A stretch of DNA of 57,152 nt, filler included, from Sphacelaria rigidula (taxonomy: Eukaryota), in NCBI GenBank assembly GCA_964200075.2. It is 8 parts of 8 records of this genome, joined end to end, with 100 filler letters (N's around TTAATTAATTAA, not from the genome) between each part and the next. Parts side by side here need not be neighbours in the genome. Positions count along the whole stretch, not along the records: positions 21,472 to 28,528 come from CAXNAA020016722.1; positions 28,629 to 35,684 come from CAXNAA020016723.1; 6 more parts are not named here. One strand, 5' to 3'. The translations under genes were made by a program, and so were the position numbers. Positions 22,900-35,784 of the stretch are shown here, piece after piece. The notes beneath the pieces were generated by a model. That model was not told where the DNA came from. It was given only the letters and a program-made list of their open reading frames with translations, and did no database searches. Positions within the stretch are counted from its first letter, which is position 1; each line of letters starts with the position of its first letter.

Positions 22900-24743
22900 A
22901 GCCAGCTGCAGCGGAACAGTACGTTACGTGACGGAAACATAATAACCCGACGCGCTGACGGCCTGCCGCGCCCCGAGCAAAAACGGAATGCGCAGCGGCA
23001 CATCCTGGAGAAAATGCTCCACATCTACACAATCTGCACCAAATAACTCGTGATGTGGGCACCAGAATCCAACAAAGCCCGAACCGCAATGGCTCCACGC
23101 TTCCGCTGATTAGGAAGACACAGTTCCACAGGAACGTACTTGTCCGCAAACTTCACTGGCACTTTATCGGCCGACCGATGCGCCGCTAATCCCACTTGAC
23201 GCCACGGGTGCGCAAGCTGCGCTGGCGAAGACGCCCCGGCGGGTTCAAACAGCACCGCCGGTGAGCACGACCCCCAGCCAGCAGACCGAGAATTTGGCGA
23301 AACTCCGACCAGCGCATCAGCAGGCGTCGCGCCTGGCGCTGCTGTCGGGGTCGCCACCGGCGCCACCACCGGCACCGGCGCAGTGTTCGACACTGTATAA
23401 GTCGGTCCCACCCGCATCGCTCGTTGCGGAGCAGCAGCACCTACGGCGGCGCCGAATCCAGAACCAGACCCATGCTGCGCCGCTGCTCTTGCTGCCCTTG
23501 CTGTCCTTGCTGCTGCTGCTGCTGCTGAGAACTCGACTGCGACCCTCCATCGTCGGAGAATCCGCGCCACCACCCCAATCACCTCGTCGTTTGCCCTTGT
23601 GCTGACGATGATGATGGCGCGCGGCATGAGACTGCCCAGACTCCCCACCGGAAGACGTTGGGCAATCGCGCGCGTAATGGCCGACCTGGCCACAGCGGTG
23701 GCAGTTGATGGTCGAGGCGCGGCCGGCCGATTTCGAGCCGTGGTGGCGCAAAGACTCAGGCGTGGAGGTGGACGACTGGCTGAACACCTCTATCTTCTGC
23801 CACCTCTTGGCCTCGGCCACGACGGTGTCTATTACCAGGTGAGTGTTGGCGTTCCGGTTTGTCTCTTGCTGCAACTTGACAAGCACGGCTTGCTTAAATT
23901 TTCCGGCGCCAACCCCTCCACCTAAGCCTTGGTGATTACTGCAGCCGGGCCCGGAATGAACTCACCATCGGAGGAACGATATACTAGTTCAACGCAACGT
24001 TTGGATTTTCTGAGAAGTACTTCTCCAGAATGGAGAAGATTGGCCCTATCCGCCCTAACAGTGTCTTTCCCCAGGACGCTACGGCGACCGCTTTCGCCAC
24101 GGGCGCGGAGGCTTGGGTCAGCTTCACCTCGGCGCCCGCCGCATGCCCAGCATGCTTTTTGACCGCCGCCACCAATTGCGGCGGGGTGATTGTGCTCTCA
24201 TCATGTTACACTCGAGCAAACACTCTCTGCACATGCGTCGGCACTTGTTGAGGCATCAACACTATCTGATATCGCACAGCACCCCCTGCGTTAGCGTGCT
24301 CCACACGCTTCTTGTACTCCAAGTACTTGATGTAAAAAGTGCGAGATGCATTCTCGGAGTACCTACCCCGGTATTTGGGAGGTCGCGACTCTTCCCACAT
24401 AATCATGGGCGTCACGCTGGACGCAGCACGCGAGCCGGTCGCCATAGCAGCAGCCGCCTACCTGCGAACCTTTCGCAGGCCAGCGGACCGTTGCAAATTA
24501 ACACTTCACCCTTGCTTCGTCGCCGCACTACACAGTCGTAGGAGCCTCCAAACTCCCGCTGCACGCAGCTTCAGCAAGTCTCTAGTCTGGAGCAATCAAA
24601 GGCTAACCGCCTTTCGGCAACCACCTCAGCTTCGACCCCCTCCACGCATCCGTGGTGAATCAGGTCGTCTCCAGCCACCAGACTCTTCCGCTGAAACTCC
24701 GGCAGGTTCCGTTCGGTACTAGTACTAGCACGGATACCGATAC

Positions 24744-24899
24744 TGTGACGCTAGCCAGGAGAAAACTGCTGAATCACTGTTGTTTGAGGTCCTCCCCAGT
24801 AGTATTAGCCTTAGTTTCAGTTGTCAGCCTTTACAACCTTTCATTACCCGGAGTGCCCTTGTACGCACAACCTCATAGACCCTCTCTTAAACCGTCACA
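24744..24899 (-). repeat. 5' LTR of the gypsy element (156 bp)
   Basis: Bounded by a 7-bp inverted repeat TGTGACG...CGTCACA, upstream of gag. Followed on the minus strand by CGGTATCCGTGC, 9/12 identical to the initiator-Met PBS TGGTATCAGAGC. Confidence 0.75.
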
Positions 24900-24904
24900 A
24901 CCCG

Positions 24905-27650
24905 CAGGGTTGTTGAAAGTTTCAGTAAATTGATTCAAAATGCTAGAGTATAGCCACTGTTTTTTATTCGTTGAGTATAAGTGGATCTTAGGAAATTTTC
25001 TGTTCGCAGATGCAGAAGGATCCTTGATGCTTGATTGATATGTGAATGTCATTTTCACAGCATGTGGACCAAGTGCAACCTGGAGAAAAACGCGGGAATG
25101 GTTTGAACCGCAAACTATCCAAGCAGTGAATCAACTACTGAAGAAGTACAACAGCAGATCCTTGGGCGCGCGTGAGGACCCACTCGAGCTCATTGCCGAC
25201 ATTAAGGCCATGCAGGCCAAAATTCGGGTGCTGCTTCCAAGCCATGCATCCAGCCAGGAAGCTGTCAGTGTTCGTATTATCGCGGCCGTGGCATCAAATG
25301 CAGGTTACGAGATTAAGACCCGCACGATGGGTTACGACGGGACTATCACACATGCAGAGTTGGTACGCATCATGGAGTCTCGTTATAGTCAGCTGCAGGA
25401 GTTTGCGGGGGCAGAAAAAATGGAGGCAGATGCGGCGAAGAAGGCTGCCGCATCATCGAAGGCCCTTCTTGCTGCGAACAACGGACGGAAAGGTGGCGGA
25501 AATAGCAAATTTAAATGCCGTGCTTATGGTGAGATTGGTCATGTAAGATCTCGGTGTCAAGCTGTCTGTACTAATTGCAGAGGAAAACCCCACAGTGCTA
25601 ATAAGTGCCGATCGTCGACAAAAGTGGAAGACAGTTAAGACGAGGAGAAGGAGGGGGAGATTGCATGCCTCAGAACTATTGAAATTGGTGATGATGCCGG
25701 TCACCACAACATCTTCGGGATGGATCCCACTGATGGCACTTTAGTGTGGATGGATTCCATTGATAACGCATCCTCCGTCGCGTTTTAGCTGTACTATACC
25801 GCTATTACAAGTGCAAATCCTTCGACATGTTTGGTTGCTGTGAGGGCTTGCTGGGTCTGGGTGGAGAGCTAGATATGACCGCTGTTGGAGGTGATATATT
25901 CTGGGCGAGGGGAAATGCCTGGAAGTCGAAGGCGTGTTTGATGGCTAAGGAGGCTCTAGCATGTTTGGGTTGAGGTGTTCGGGGGACAAGGAAATACGCG
26001 AATCACCTCGCATGAGAAAACGAAATGAGCAATGGACACACGGGTGGGCGAGCTGATGGGACTTGACCTGGTGCGCACAGAGACTGCTGATCGGTCGTCT
26101 AACGAAGGCTGGATCCCAATCACTGTATGGTGTGAAAAATGTGGGGTTGTTTTTATGTAGCCCCAGGAGCACGTTGTGGTATTGTTCTCACAGGTAGATA
26201 CGGATTCAAAAATGGGAAGTTCACAAAATAGCAAGTAGACAGCGTGAGGGCCAACTAAGAATGTCCTTGAGACGTGTGTATTAAGCGATGATATATATAT
26301 ATGATGTCTCTGAAGAGTGAGGTGGGATGCTGTCACTCGAGGCTTGATCAAAGAAAAACCCGCGCTCGGATGAGAGGATAATGAAGTGTCAAACTGTCAT
26401 TTGTGGGTAGGTCAGGTAAAGTAATGATCGAGATGAGTCTAGCCTAAAATATGAGTTTCAAAAAGGCTGGAATTGTGCCAGGAAAAACCAAGCTTGAGTG
26501 GAGAGCTTTAGAGAAGTAATCGGATGATGCTGTTACTTGTGAATTGGCATATTTGACAAAAAAGGCTCGTTAGAGTATAGACTACGCTATGTGTAAGTTG
26601 GAATATAAGAAAATATTGTCAAAATGGGGCTCACGTTCGAGACAGGGCGTAGTGGAGTGCAATACTGTACTACTGCCATTTTTAAGAGTCGGTGACATAC
26701 GAGGGGGCATGCATGCAATATGCCCAACCTGATGGTAAGTTGGTCGTTTTTAGTCACGAAGTATACACATGAAGCTGCATGTCGTGTAAACTGACCGTGA
26801 GTGCGGCTTGTTCGAAGACAGATGTTCCTATTGCATATAATAATTCTTTCCAGGTGGGCTAAATACAGGCAGGTACTGTCCCTGTGACCAGAAATTTGGA
26901 TTTTTAGATCCATAAAGGATCTTTAAAAGGGAAGAAGGGCTGTGTACTGCGGTAGTTATGATCGTTTTTGAGTATCAAATACTCGATCATTGTTTTGAGT
27001 TTGTTATCAGAGCTGGAAGGAACAACTGAATGATTTCCTAATCTGACCAACACGGGTGGTCACTAGGAACCTTGGGCAACGTCTGTAACATCAAAATTTG
27101 AGGTTGCAGGCACCCCAATGGCAACCCGTGAAGCATATGTCGCTGTAGTATAAACTGGAGATATCTGAATAGGGAGGAAGGAGCCGATAATAAGTAGATA
27201 CCGGTATCAGATTTTTGTCATTCCCGGTTCATATGCGAGTATAAAATATTGTGATGTACATTTGTGAACTATGCGACGCACGGTATAAGCAGGTGCAACT
27301 GTGGAAAACCTGTTCGTAAGGTTTTTGTGCAGGTGGTTGTTTTATGGAAAATAGAGGAAAGTTACAGAAAGTACTCGACAAAAGTAGGACTTCACCATGG
27401 GTTATAGGGAGATTGACAAGATGGATTCGCTCGTGATGTGTTTTTTGTTGTTTCCATGTTGATCGTGGTTGCTTTTATTAGCAGATTGATTCCATGTGGG
27501 AGGATGTTGATTGTTTCAGTAAATGGATTCACAAGGCTAGAGTATAGCCACTGTTGTTTATTCGCTGAGTGTAAGTGGATCTTAACAAAGTTTCTGTACG
27601 CAGATGCAGAAGAATAGTAGTATAGTGAATGTTTCATTGATTTTTTCTGT
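24905..27650 (+). mobile_element. Decayed, internally deleted Ty1/copia-like LTR element
   Basis: Direct repeats at ~24907-25020 and ~27503-27614 (GCTAGAGTATAGCCACTGTT...GCAGATGCAGAAG) flank a gag-like ORF. Outer boundaries approximate. Confidence 0.7.
25042..25638 (+). pseudogene. Copia-type gag remnant with zinc knuckles
   Basis: Helical gag-like region followed by CRAYGEIGHVRSRC (degenerate CCHC) and CTNCRGKPHSANKC. Confidence 0.75.
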
Positions 27651-27934
27651 AGACAAGCATATTCATTCACTCCATGTAGTACACATATTTTTCTACCGCT
27701 GAACTGCTCATGGCCGGGCTTGATCGGCAAGCCATGCCTCGTGTACCGTGCCGACATTGATGCTACCTATACCCTGCGACCTGCGCTACGCTAATAGACA
27801 GAATATCTCAACAAGGGTACCATCGTCGTGTCCCCGGTCATTATCCAGATTCCTCCCAGAATCCTCTGGAATCCCCGTGTCTCCGGTCATTTTCCAGATC
27901 ATCACTACCAGCCCAACATAACAGCGTAATTTCG

Positions 27935-28470
27935 TCACAGTCCACATATACCGAAAGGTGGAGACTGGAGTCCAGAGTAGATGAGACGACAACACACACA
28001 GCACACTGTGCGCAGTACACTTTCAACATCGTTTTCGCACTGGCTGTAGAAATATTTGTCCAGGGTCTGCTAAATTTCCACATATCATGCAAGATCTGGT
28101 AAACTTCTACTTACAATGCAGGGTCTGGTACATTTACACATGTATGTAAATGTTACTCAGTGAGATCGGGAAAAAATCCGAGAAGTCTGGGCGAACTGCA
28201 GGTGAGGCAATCGCTAAAATATTCACCTGCTAACTCCGCTCCAGTGCACTGTAGGATATCGCCAGAAGGACACTACCACAACCACCTTGCCGGTTGCCAG
28301 ACTGTCAAGACGTAGAATCCGCTGGCATTGCTTGTCGGGTACGTGGGGAAGGGTCCGTGGCAAAACACAGTGGTCGCGTCAAGCAGCTGCACGCTCGGCG
28401 TTCTCACTCAAGACTTCGATTTGGAGGATGATACTAGGTAGTGTGGCGAAATCACGCCATCACGGTTGAG
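27935..28470 (+). repeat. Composite dispersed repeat (SINE tail plus ~450 bp), inverted copy at ~49345-49925
   Basis: TGCAGGTGAGGCAATCGC..AAATATTCACCTG, CACTACCA.AACCACCTTGCCGG and AATGCAGGGTCTGGTACAT occur in the same order behind a SINE tail in both copies. Confidence 0.8.
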
Positions 28471-28528
28471 TATATGGTGGATTCTGGATGATGACCAGGG
28501 TACAAGGGCATCCTGTAGATGATGAACC

Positions 28529-28628
28529 NNNNNNNNNNNNNNNNNNNNNNNNNNNNNNNNNNNNNNNNNNNNTTAATTAATTAANNNNNNNNNNNNNNNN
28601 NNNNNNNNNNNNNNNNNNNNNNNNNNNN
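28529..28628. other. Artificial contig linker
   Basis: 44 N + TTAATTAATTAA + 44 N. Confidence 0.98.
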
Positions 28629-29587
28629 ACACCGCATTCGTAAGGTGCACCTAGCCACAGCTGCTCAACTGCTGCGGATATTTGGGGGGGAAGATGGCTT
28701 CGCTCGGTCGTAAGTGTTTTGCGTCATCCCTGCAATAGAGAAATGCCACTTCAACCTGATTTTTGTGATGGACCCCATTTTTTAGGATCCGCTGTTATTT
28801 GAACAAAATAAAAAGCCAAGCACACGCAGCAGCTGGGAACTCCCACGCTCGGGATTGTCTTCGCCAATGTCATCCATATGAGGCGCCTCATGCAGTCTGA
28901 AAACTGGCTCTAATGCGATCTATGGCATTTTCTTCGTGACAGTGTCGGGGTTGGTTGGGGAGGGAGGCTATCGCGGCAACACTCAGCAAGTCTTTCAGAG
29001 GAGATCCAATCTGCTATGGCCCGCATTCCGCCAGAATCCGCCATGAACGGCTCAAAAAGGTCCCTTGTCCGAGAGCCAGTTTTCCGACCGTAAGAGGCAG
29101 CCTTTCAGTTTTCAAGCCACGGCGACGATTGGGAGAGCCGCCCGATGATCATATTGTGTCTGTGCTGTGACCGTTGTAGAGCGCGGTGAGAGATGCATGT
29201 ATAAAATAACATCGAGAGAAAACACATCTTCTGAAGCTTATTTCACGCCGTGTACAGGTAGTGCTTTGGCAAGAGCCATGGGCGTTGCTATTCAGCGCGT
29301 GAAACTTGTCCGCGCATAGGGGAGGCCCGCTTGTTCGCCAAAGATGGCCGCTACAAAAACGGTCTAAAACATCGCGACATTTTCAAGATCGCAAATTGCA
29401 GCATGACTGTTTGATGATGTACAGTACACGACAACGCGTTGATGAGACCATCTAACAACTATGAAACGCAGTACATCTGTTGTGCGGTACACTTCACCTC
29501 CTTCTCTGGGTAATGTCACGATAACCCCCCGCCGCCGCTCCCCCCGAAACCAGCCCCAAAACTACAGTTGTCCTGGAGAAAAATGTA

Positions 29588-29805
29588 TTGTGTGGGAGGC
29601 CCGCGTGCCAAGGGGGTCGCATCGTAATTCAAGACACCTCAGGATCGACGTGTTTCAAACTAATCAGGCCAGTCCTTGCCGGGAACACGCCCCTGACCAT
29701 AACCCCAACACTAACTCTAACCCTTACCCTAACCCTAACCGGTTAGGGATGTTGAAATTCCGATGCGGTCCCCCAGTCTAAGCACGTGGTCCTCCCACGC
29801 ATTGC
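29588..29805 (-). mobile_element. MITE with internal telomere-like (CCCTAA)n tract, older copy
   Basis: Reverse-complement homologue of 30207-30423. CTAACCCTTACCCTAACCCTAACC at ~29717-29740. Confidence 0.75.
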
Positions 29806-30206
29806 AAAATGGCCATACAGCGCATGCCAGCTGGTTACAGACTGCGTGAAGCGCATTACGTGGGCGACATCGGCGAGAACGATCCCAGGCGTGTGAGATC
29901 TGCTCGGTGTGCTCAGCTTTTTGTTGTTTTCATCCTCATCATGTAGGTTTCGCCTCCACAAACCAGCCACTTTTCTGGGCGGGGGGCTATCGCGGCACCA
30001 CTCCCTTGTTGGGAAAGCCGTCTGTCGAGGATACCACACGCTACAAATCAGTCCACGGCCATCACAAGATCCTAGCCAGATCTTCGCGCGAAACTCTATG
30101 CAAAGCCATGGCACCGTGATGGCTACGCAGTACAACTCATTATGATTAAGCCTCTATCACTGCTCTCCTACTGCACAGTGCTCTCAAACGAAAAGGCATT
30201 GATGTA

Positions 30207-30423
30207 CGTTGTAATGCGTGAGAGGACCGCGTGCTTAGAGGACCGCGTCGGAATTTAAACATATTTATGGTTATGGTTAGGGTTAGGGTTAGTGTTGGGG
30301 TTAGGGTCAGGGGCGTGGTACCTGCAGGGACTGGCCCGATTGGTTCGAAAAACGTCGATCCTGGGGTGATTCGGACCACGGCGCGGTCCTCTAAGCACGC
30401 GGTCCTCTCACGCATTTCATACG
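30207..30423 (+). mobile_element. MITE with ~35-40 bp TIRs, TA flanks and internal degenerate (TTAGGG)n
   Basis: AATGCGTGAGAGGACCGCGTGCTTAGAGGACCGCG (30213-) is a perfect inverted repeat of the sequence ending at 30416. TA on both sides. GGTTAGGGTTAGGGTTAG inside. Confidence 0.85.
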
Positions 30424-33400
30424 TAACTATGCTATACACAATCTTGCCGTACGCCGAGAGACTTGCAAACGGCCTGGCATGCCCTCTGCCTGCCCCGTGT
30501 CTCTCTGAAGTACGTCATGATATCAATCGCTTGCATTGTTTTGTTGGGGGCTTCGTCGTCCATCTACAAATATTTTACACGTTACGGCGCAACATTTATG
30601 TGGCCTGTGCCAGACCGTATTCCAGCCCACGAGAACTTGCTGCACGCATTGTGCGGTCTTCTCTTCCGGCGTCTTCTTCGCAGGTGACTGATAGGAAGAT
30701 TACATACTATGTAAGAACATGGTTAGATTGCGCCCACGGGCACACGGTCAAAGGCGGCCCACAGCTCGAAAACATCGAATTTTCATCTCTAGACCTTAAT
30801 CCGTGGTCGCGCATTGTCTCTCGTCATTTAGGATTTAGGTCCTTACTGCTTCTCATTCTCGCTCAGTCCACGTCAGAGGCAACCGCTGAGACACACACGT
30901 GAAAACTGCCCGTTCTCACGGCACCGCCTCCGTGCAATCCAGGTAGATTTGCACACTACAGCGTAGGTGAATGCGCTCCGATCGTGCCCATGGTGGTGGG
31001 CAACGGTACCCTACAGCTCGGTCGAGATATTATAATTCAAAAAGTTCGGGCGAGAGATGCTCGGTGAACATAAAGATCTGCACTTTTTTGCGCGTGTCGA
31101 TCTTTCCGACGGTTTCACCCGCTTTACGCATGAATTAAAGTCAATACCTGACCCACGGAATCCAAAATTTGCCGTTGACTCTTGACCCCTAGTAGAACCA
31201 GATCATCGCCTATCTTGCGTACACCTTCCGACCTCAAAGTCGAAAGAAGTACAACGGCCTGCGGAGAGCAGGGTGAGACGTTTCAAGGCAACGGTAGCTG
31301 CCACGGTGAGATGGAGAGAGTGCTGGCCCGTTCCCCACGAGAGGTGGTGGGTGTTTTTTGTCGTGGCCTCCATAACTCGAATTACAGACAGTAGGCAGTA
31401 TTACATATGTAACGTTCCTTGGCGCCGTCATGACAGAGTGCGGCAGACGGCGGACTCTGAGCGGTGGTCAATCAGCAATCTCCACTACTGATCCGTCTCC
31501 TCTGATGGCTTCCAGCTCTGACTTTTCCGTGATAGAAAAAGATCTCAACTTCTTAGAGAGATCGTGATCCATCGAGAAGATCATCGATGATGAGACTGTT
31601 GCCAATTGGCATGGTAATCCTTGGCGCAGCGTGGTGGAGTGACCCACACCGCTTGCTTTGTCTCGTGAAGAACTCGTAATGGCGGACGGGTATTTAGACA
31701 CCGCCGTCATATGCACTGCGCGCAGGTTCAAATTTTTTGTTTGAACGTTACTGCAAAACAAACGTGCAGATGGAAGTATCGACACCTGAGTGCTGTTGTG
31801 CGGTGTGCTCTGCGACTAGATGTCTCGAGTAGTTCTCTATTGTACAAACGTGATGAGAAGACGTTTTGGGGGATACTTCATGTCTAGGCCGTCCCCGTCG
31901 TCCGCGCACGTTCCTTCTACGAGCTTTCACGCGCCCAACCTCCCGAGCCGGAGCAACACAGTACAGTACTGTTATGAGTGCATGGCATCTTCGGTAGGGT
32001 TGTTGTGAAGATGAGAAAATGGTTTGAAGTTTTTTTTCTCAGTACAGCCATACCGTCCTTGCGAACTGTTGGTTTTATTGAAGGGGTAGGATAATGCTTT
32101 GGAAAGGCGGGTACTATGAAAATGGCCGGTGGATTTTGCCGAGAGACAGAACGTGGTCGGGATTATCAGTCCATGGCGGTCATCAGCTGTCCGAGAGAAG
32201 ATGGACTGGATGCGTCGTTTTGTTCTTCATGGTACGATTGTACTATTTATTTTGCCGTGTTCTTTCGCGTCGATTTCTGTTTCCTTTTTTGCGCCCCCGC
32301 ATTGCTGACCTGCGGGGTGTATAACCAGTTATTCCGTGTTGTCGGGACAAATCCATGGTCTGCAGAGCCCAGACAGTCCGTATCCCTACAATCATGGTTG
32401 ACGGATCTTTCTAATGGCACGAACGCTAACCCCAAGCCAACCCATGATAGGTCAAGACCATCGTGCTTGATCATGAGAGAATATCCTCGTTGAAGAGCTT
32501 ATGTTGACGAACTGGCACACCTTGAGTCGGCAACTTCGGTGCCGATGCCGATTTGGACAAAAACGCCTCCTCCTCACCACATGAGCACTCGGTAATGTCC
32601 GCCTCGCGAAAGATCCGAATATTCATGTTTAATCGTACTAAAATGACGTGTGATGGAACCGTTGGTTTGGGGATACGAACTCGCGCAAGGCCGTGTCACA
32701 TCAGACATATCTGCGGCTTGAGGTGCCCGATACATTTTCACGCCAAGACCATCAGGGCATCTGGGTTACGCATACCTTTTTCAAGTGAAATTAAATTCGG
32801 TTCAGCAGATGGCCTTCTCTAGCCGTCTCCGCGTTATCGGGAAATGACTGAAGTATGCCGGGAATCTCGAGCTCTAGACACCTCGTGCGTCGAGGCCAAG
32901 AAAAGAAGCAAGAAAAGGAACAAGCATCCAAAAGGAGCATTTTGATTCGTCTCCGCAACCATAGACCCGCCCGGTGATCAATCGATGTATGCCTCTTTTT
33001 GTACGCTTGTTCCTTTTCCTGCATTTTTCGTGGCAGGGGTCATGGCAAAAGGCAGTGTCTTGGGGTCCGTGTTGTCGATTTCAAGAATGTGGGAGGGCGA
33101 CGTGATGATGATCGTGATTGTGGGGGTTGAGGAGTTTTTTCGTCTGGTGATGATTACGCTTGGTCGGGGGTTGGTGCCAGATTCTCATCTTCGCCGAAAT
33201 CATTCCTACGAAAATTGATCATGTGGAAATTGATGCTGATTTTCGTGAGAGCGGATGAACATTTATATGAGGATGCGAAGAGGCGCGTCACATGGTTGTT
33301 GTTTGACTAATCATGAGGCGCACAGGTGACTTTCTATCACGTGCAGTAGCCATGCGTGGGAGACACACTCGACGTGCACAGCTCCCGTGAAGAGATGCGC

Positions 33401-35542
33401 ACAGCTACATCTGCCAGAACTTCGCTGAGTGACGCGGCATGGATGTATCGGCGGGTAGTACGGACTAGCACTTTCCAGCACGGTGGCTATAATATGCAAA
33501 GAGCAGCACCACCACCACCAGCAGTACCGGCACCGGCTGATTCAGACCCAACTCCAGCCGTACACATCTACCGGTAGTTGAAATACTGCTGCTAATGCTT
33601 TTTCTCCCTCTCGTGCGAGAGGCGGTCCGCGTTCCGACCTGCGACAATACCTTAAGGTCATACACCCTTGCGCGCGATTGCCGCCTTGCTTGAAGTCCTT
33701 GGTCTGTTCGAGTGCCCATACTGTCACTGTTTGCTGTATCACTAGTTTCCCGCCCTCAATTAGAACTACTGTAGGCTTTTGCTTCTTATGCAGGCATATG
33801 ATTCGCCAACATTTTGGGTTCTTGTTTTTTGGTATTTTACACTAAAATCAAGTAATTGCAACGCCTCCGCGGAGTTTCCGTGTCACAATGACCCCTTTTG
33901 AACGAGACGCATATTTGGGGGGTGGAGGGGAAGCCTATAAAGCAAACGCCAAATTGCGCGTGATTTGGGGTCATAAAGTTTTGAATCGTCACTTCACCAT
34001 CACTATCGCGAATCATGGAGTGATTTCGAGTATCACTTTCTGTGTCTTTAACCCTTTTGGGATCGGACTTCCAGAAACATGGGGTTTGCACGCAGGGGTC
34101 CTCCTGTTACTCGGGATCATCGTCAGTTGTTTTCAAGTAAGAATGGTACCGATTCACAACAAAAGCCATCGCGTGCAAACACCATATTTCCGGGAGTTCG
34201 GGCATATAAGGGCTAAAAAACCGCCTTACCGAGGAATAAAAACAAGCACGAAGAGTGATCCAGGAGTAAGAAGCATGTTCATTCGTCGCCGCGGTATCAC
34301 GCCCCTATGAAGAAGGCGGCGCTTTTTTTCCATGCGGCGGAGCTGTTGAACAATTACTTCGTATTTCGAGGCTATTCGTAAAGACTTTCCTGGCCTGTTT
34401 GTAATGAAGAGTAAGATCAACCATCGGCGCAACGACCCTTGCTGTGGTACATACCTGTCACACAGTCTGGACCTGAAGCACGCCGTAGGTTGCATACCAT
34501 AACACCTGTGTGACAACATCTTGGGCGTTCAAACAACATCACATTGGTGAGGTATTAGAGAGACTCGGAAAACTCTTTTTTGTCATTTCACAGGGCAAAT
34601 ATCTTAAGATCAATCAGCCTGGACAAAAAAACGATTCCCCCAAAAGTGGCATAACCTCAACTTTCTTCGGTGAGTGTTTTCATTATCATTCTGCAGTCTA
34701 ATCCTGAGATATTTGCACTCTGAACTTACAAAAAAGCGTTTTGTGAAACTCTGCATTGTGTATGGGGTGTGAAATCTTCATCTTCAGTCACCGGTGTGAC
34801 GGAGTGCGCACCGACAGGACCCCCCATGCAGGGGTCTGGTCATAATGGGGTGTGATAACAGTAGTGTAAACACCGACATTCAGATCTTTAGCCGGGCTGA
34901 CAACCCCAACCGCCCCTCGCGTGCACAGAACCGGAGCCTCCGCGGATCATATGCGACTCACCCCAGGGGCTGTGGTGTTTTTTTTCATTGTATGATAAAT
35001 TGGCTCTTTTTTCCCTTTTTTTTGAACCCACTGACGATATTTGTTTTTTTTTAATCGGCATGAGTTCGACTTCAAAATGACCGAAAATGATGCCGATACA
35101 CATGAACAAAAATTCAATGTAGATGGGTTTCAAAAGGGTTGAATATATATATATATAGCATACGGTTGTGGTGTTGTGTAATTTTTCTGAAATGTTTGTG
35201 GTATCTTTAGTGAGCGGGTTCTCGTCTACGGTCCGAGCATCTTCTATCGCAGTCTCCAAAATACCAAGAACATACAAAGATACCAATCCGCGGATATTTT
35301 CTAAAACGGAGCGGATATCCGGAGTGGACGGAGCGGCGCACTTCTCTACTCTCCACCCTAATGGCGACAGTCGGACCATCACACCACCGGGGTGCGGCGG
35401 TCACAGTACTGGTCTTGCAACAAAACTTGCGCAATATGGAGTCGTTGACCGTCGGTTGGTGTGCTACAAGGAGGGGACCTGAAGACCATAATTTTCCTCA
35501 CAACTTTCTCCCGTCTAAGCCCTTAGACCACGAGGTCAAACC

Positions 35543-35684
35543 GGTTGCCCCGTGGCTCAGTTGGTAACCTCGAAACCTTTTTACGGTTGTGTCGTGGGTT
35601 TAACGCTCGGAGCGATCTGGGATTTTTTCTCACACCGTGCCCAACCGTGGAGAGCGCCCATGTCGTGGGTACACAAAATTCGAC
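35543..35684 (+). mobile_element. tRNA-derived SINE, 5' head (cut by contig end)
   Basis: A box TGGCTCAGTTGG at 35553-35564 and a degenerate B box. Homologous to 42655-42800 and 36926-37020. Confidence 0.85.
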
Positions 35685-35784
35685 NNNNNNNNNNNNNNNN
35701 NNNNNNNNNNNNNNNNNNNNNNNNNNNNTTAATTAATTAANNNNNNNNNNNNNNNNNNNNNNNNNNNNNNNNNNNNNNNNNNNN
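35685..35784. other. Artificial contig linker
   Basis: 44 N + TTAATTAATTAA + 44 N. Confidence 0.98.

Larger units (their letters stand above)
21472..24899 (-). mobile_element. Ty3/gypsy LTR retrotransposon, 5' half (LTR, gag, protease, RT), degenerate
   Basis: gag from ~24445, CCHC knuckle CHRCGQVGHYARDC (~23665-23710), protease ALLDSGA (~23050-23080), RT motifs WSSPAMAVPK, FRLVSDY, FDLLQGYWQ and WVDD. Several frameshifts and stops. PR directly followed by RT, the gypsy order. Confidence 0.95.

Noticed and set aside
13157-24899. Functional clustering of transposase, RT and host genes as one system
   Set aside because: They lie on different contigs joined artificially, so adjacency carries no information.
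29700-29745. True telomere or chromosome-fusion site
   Set aside because: Only a few degenerate units, enclosed by the TIRs of a repeated element.
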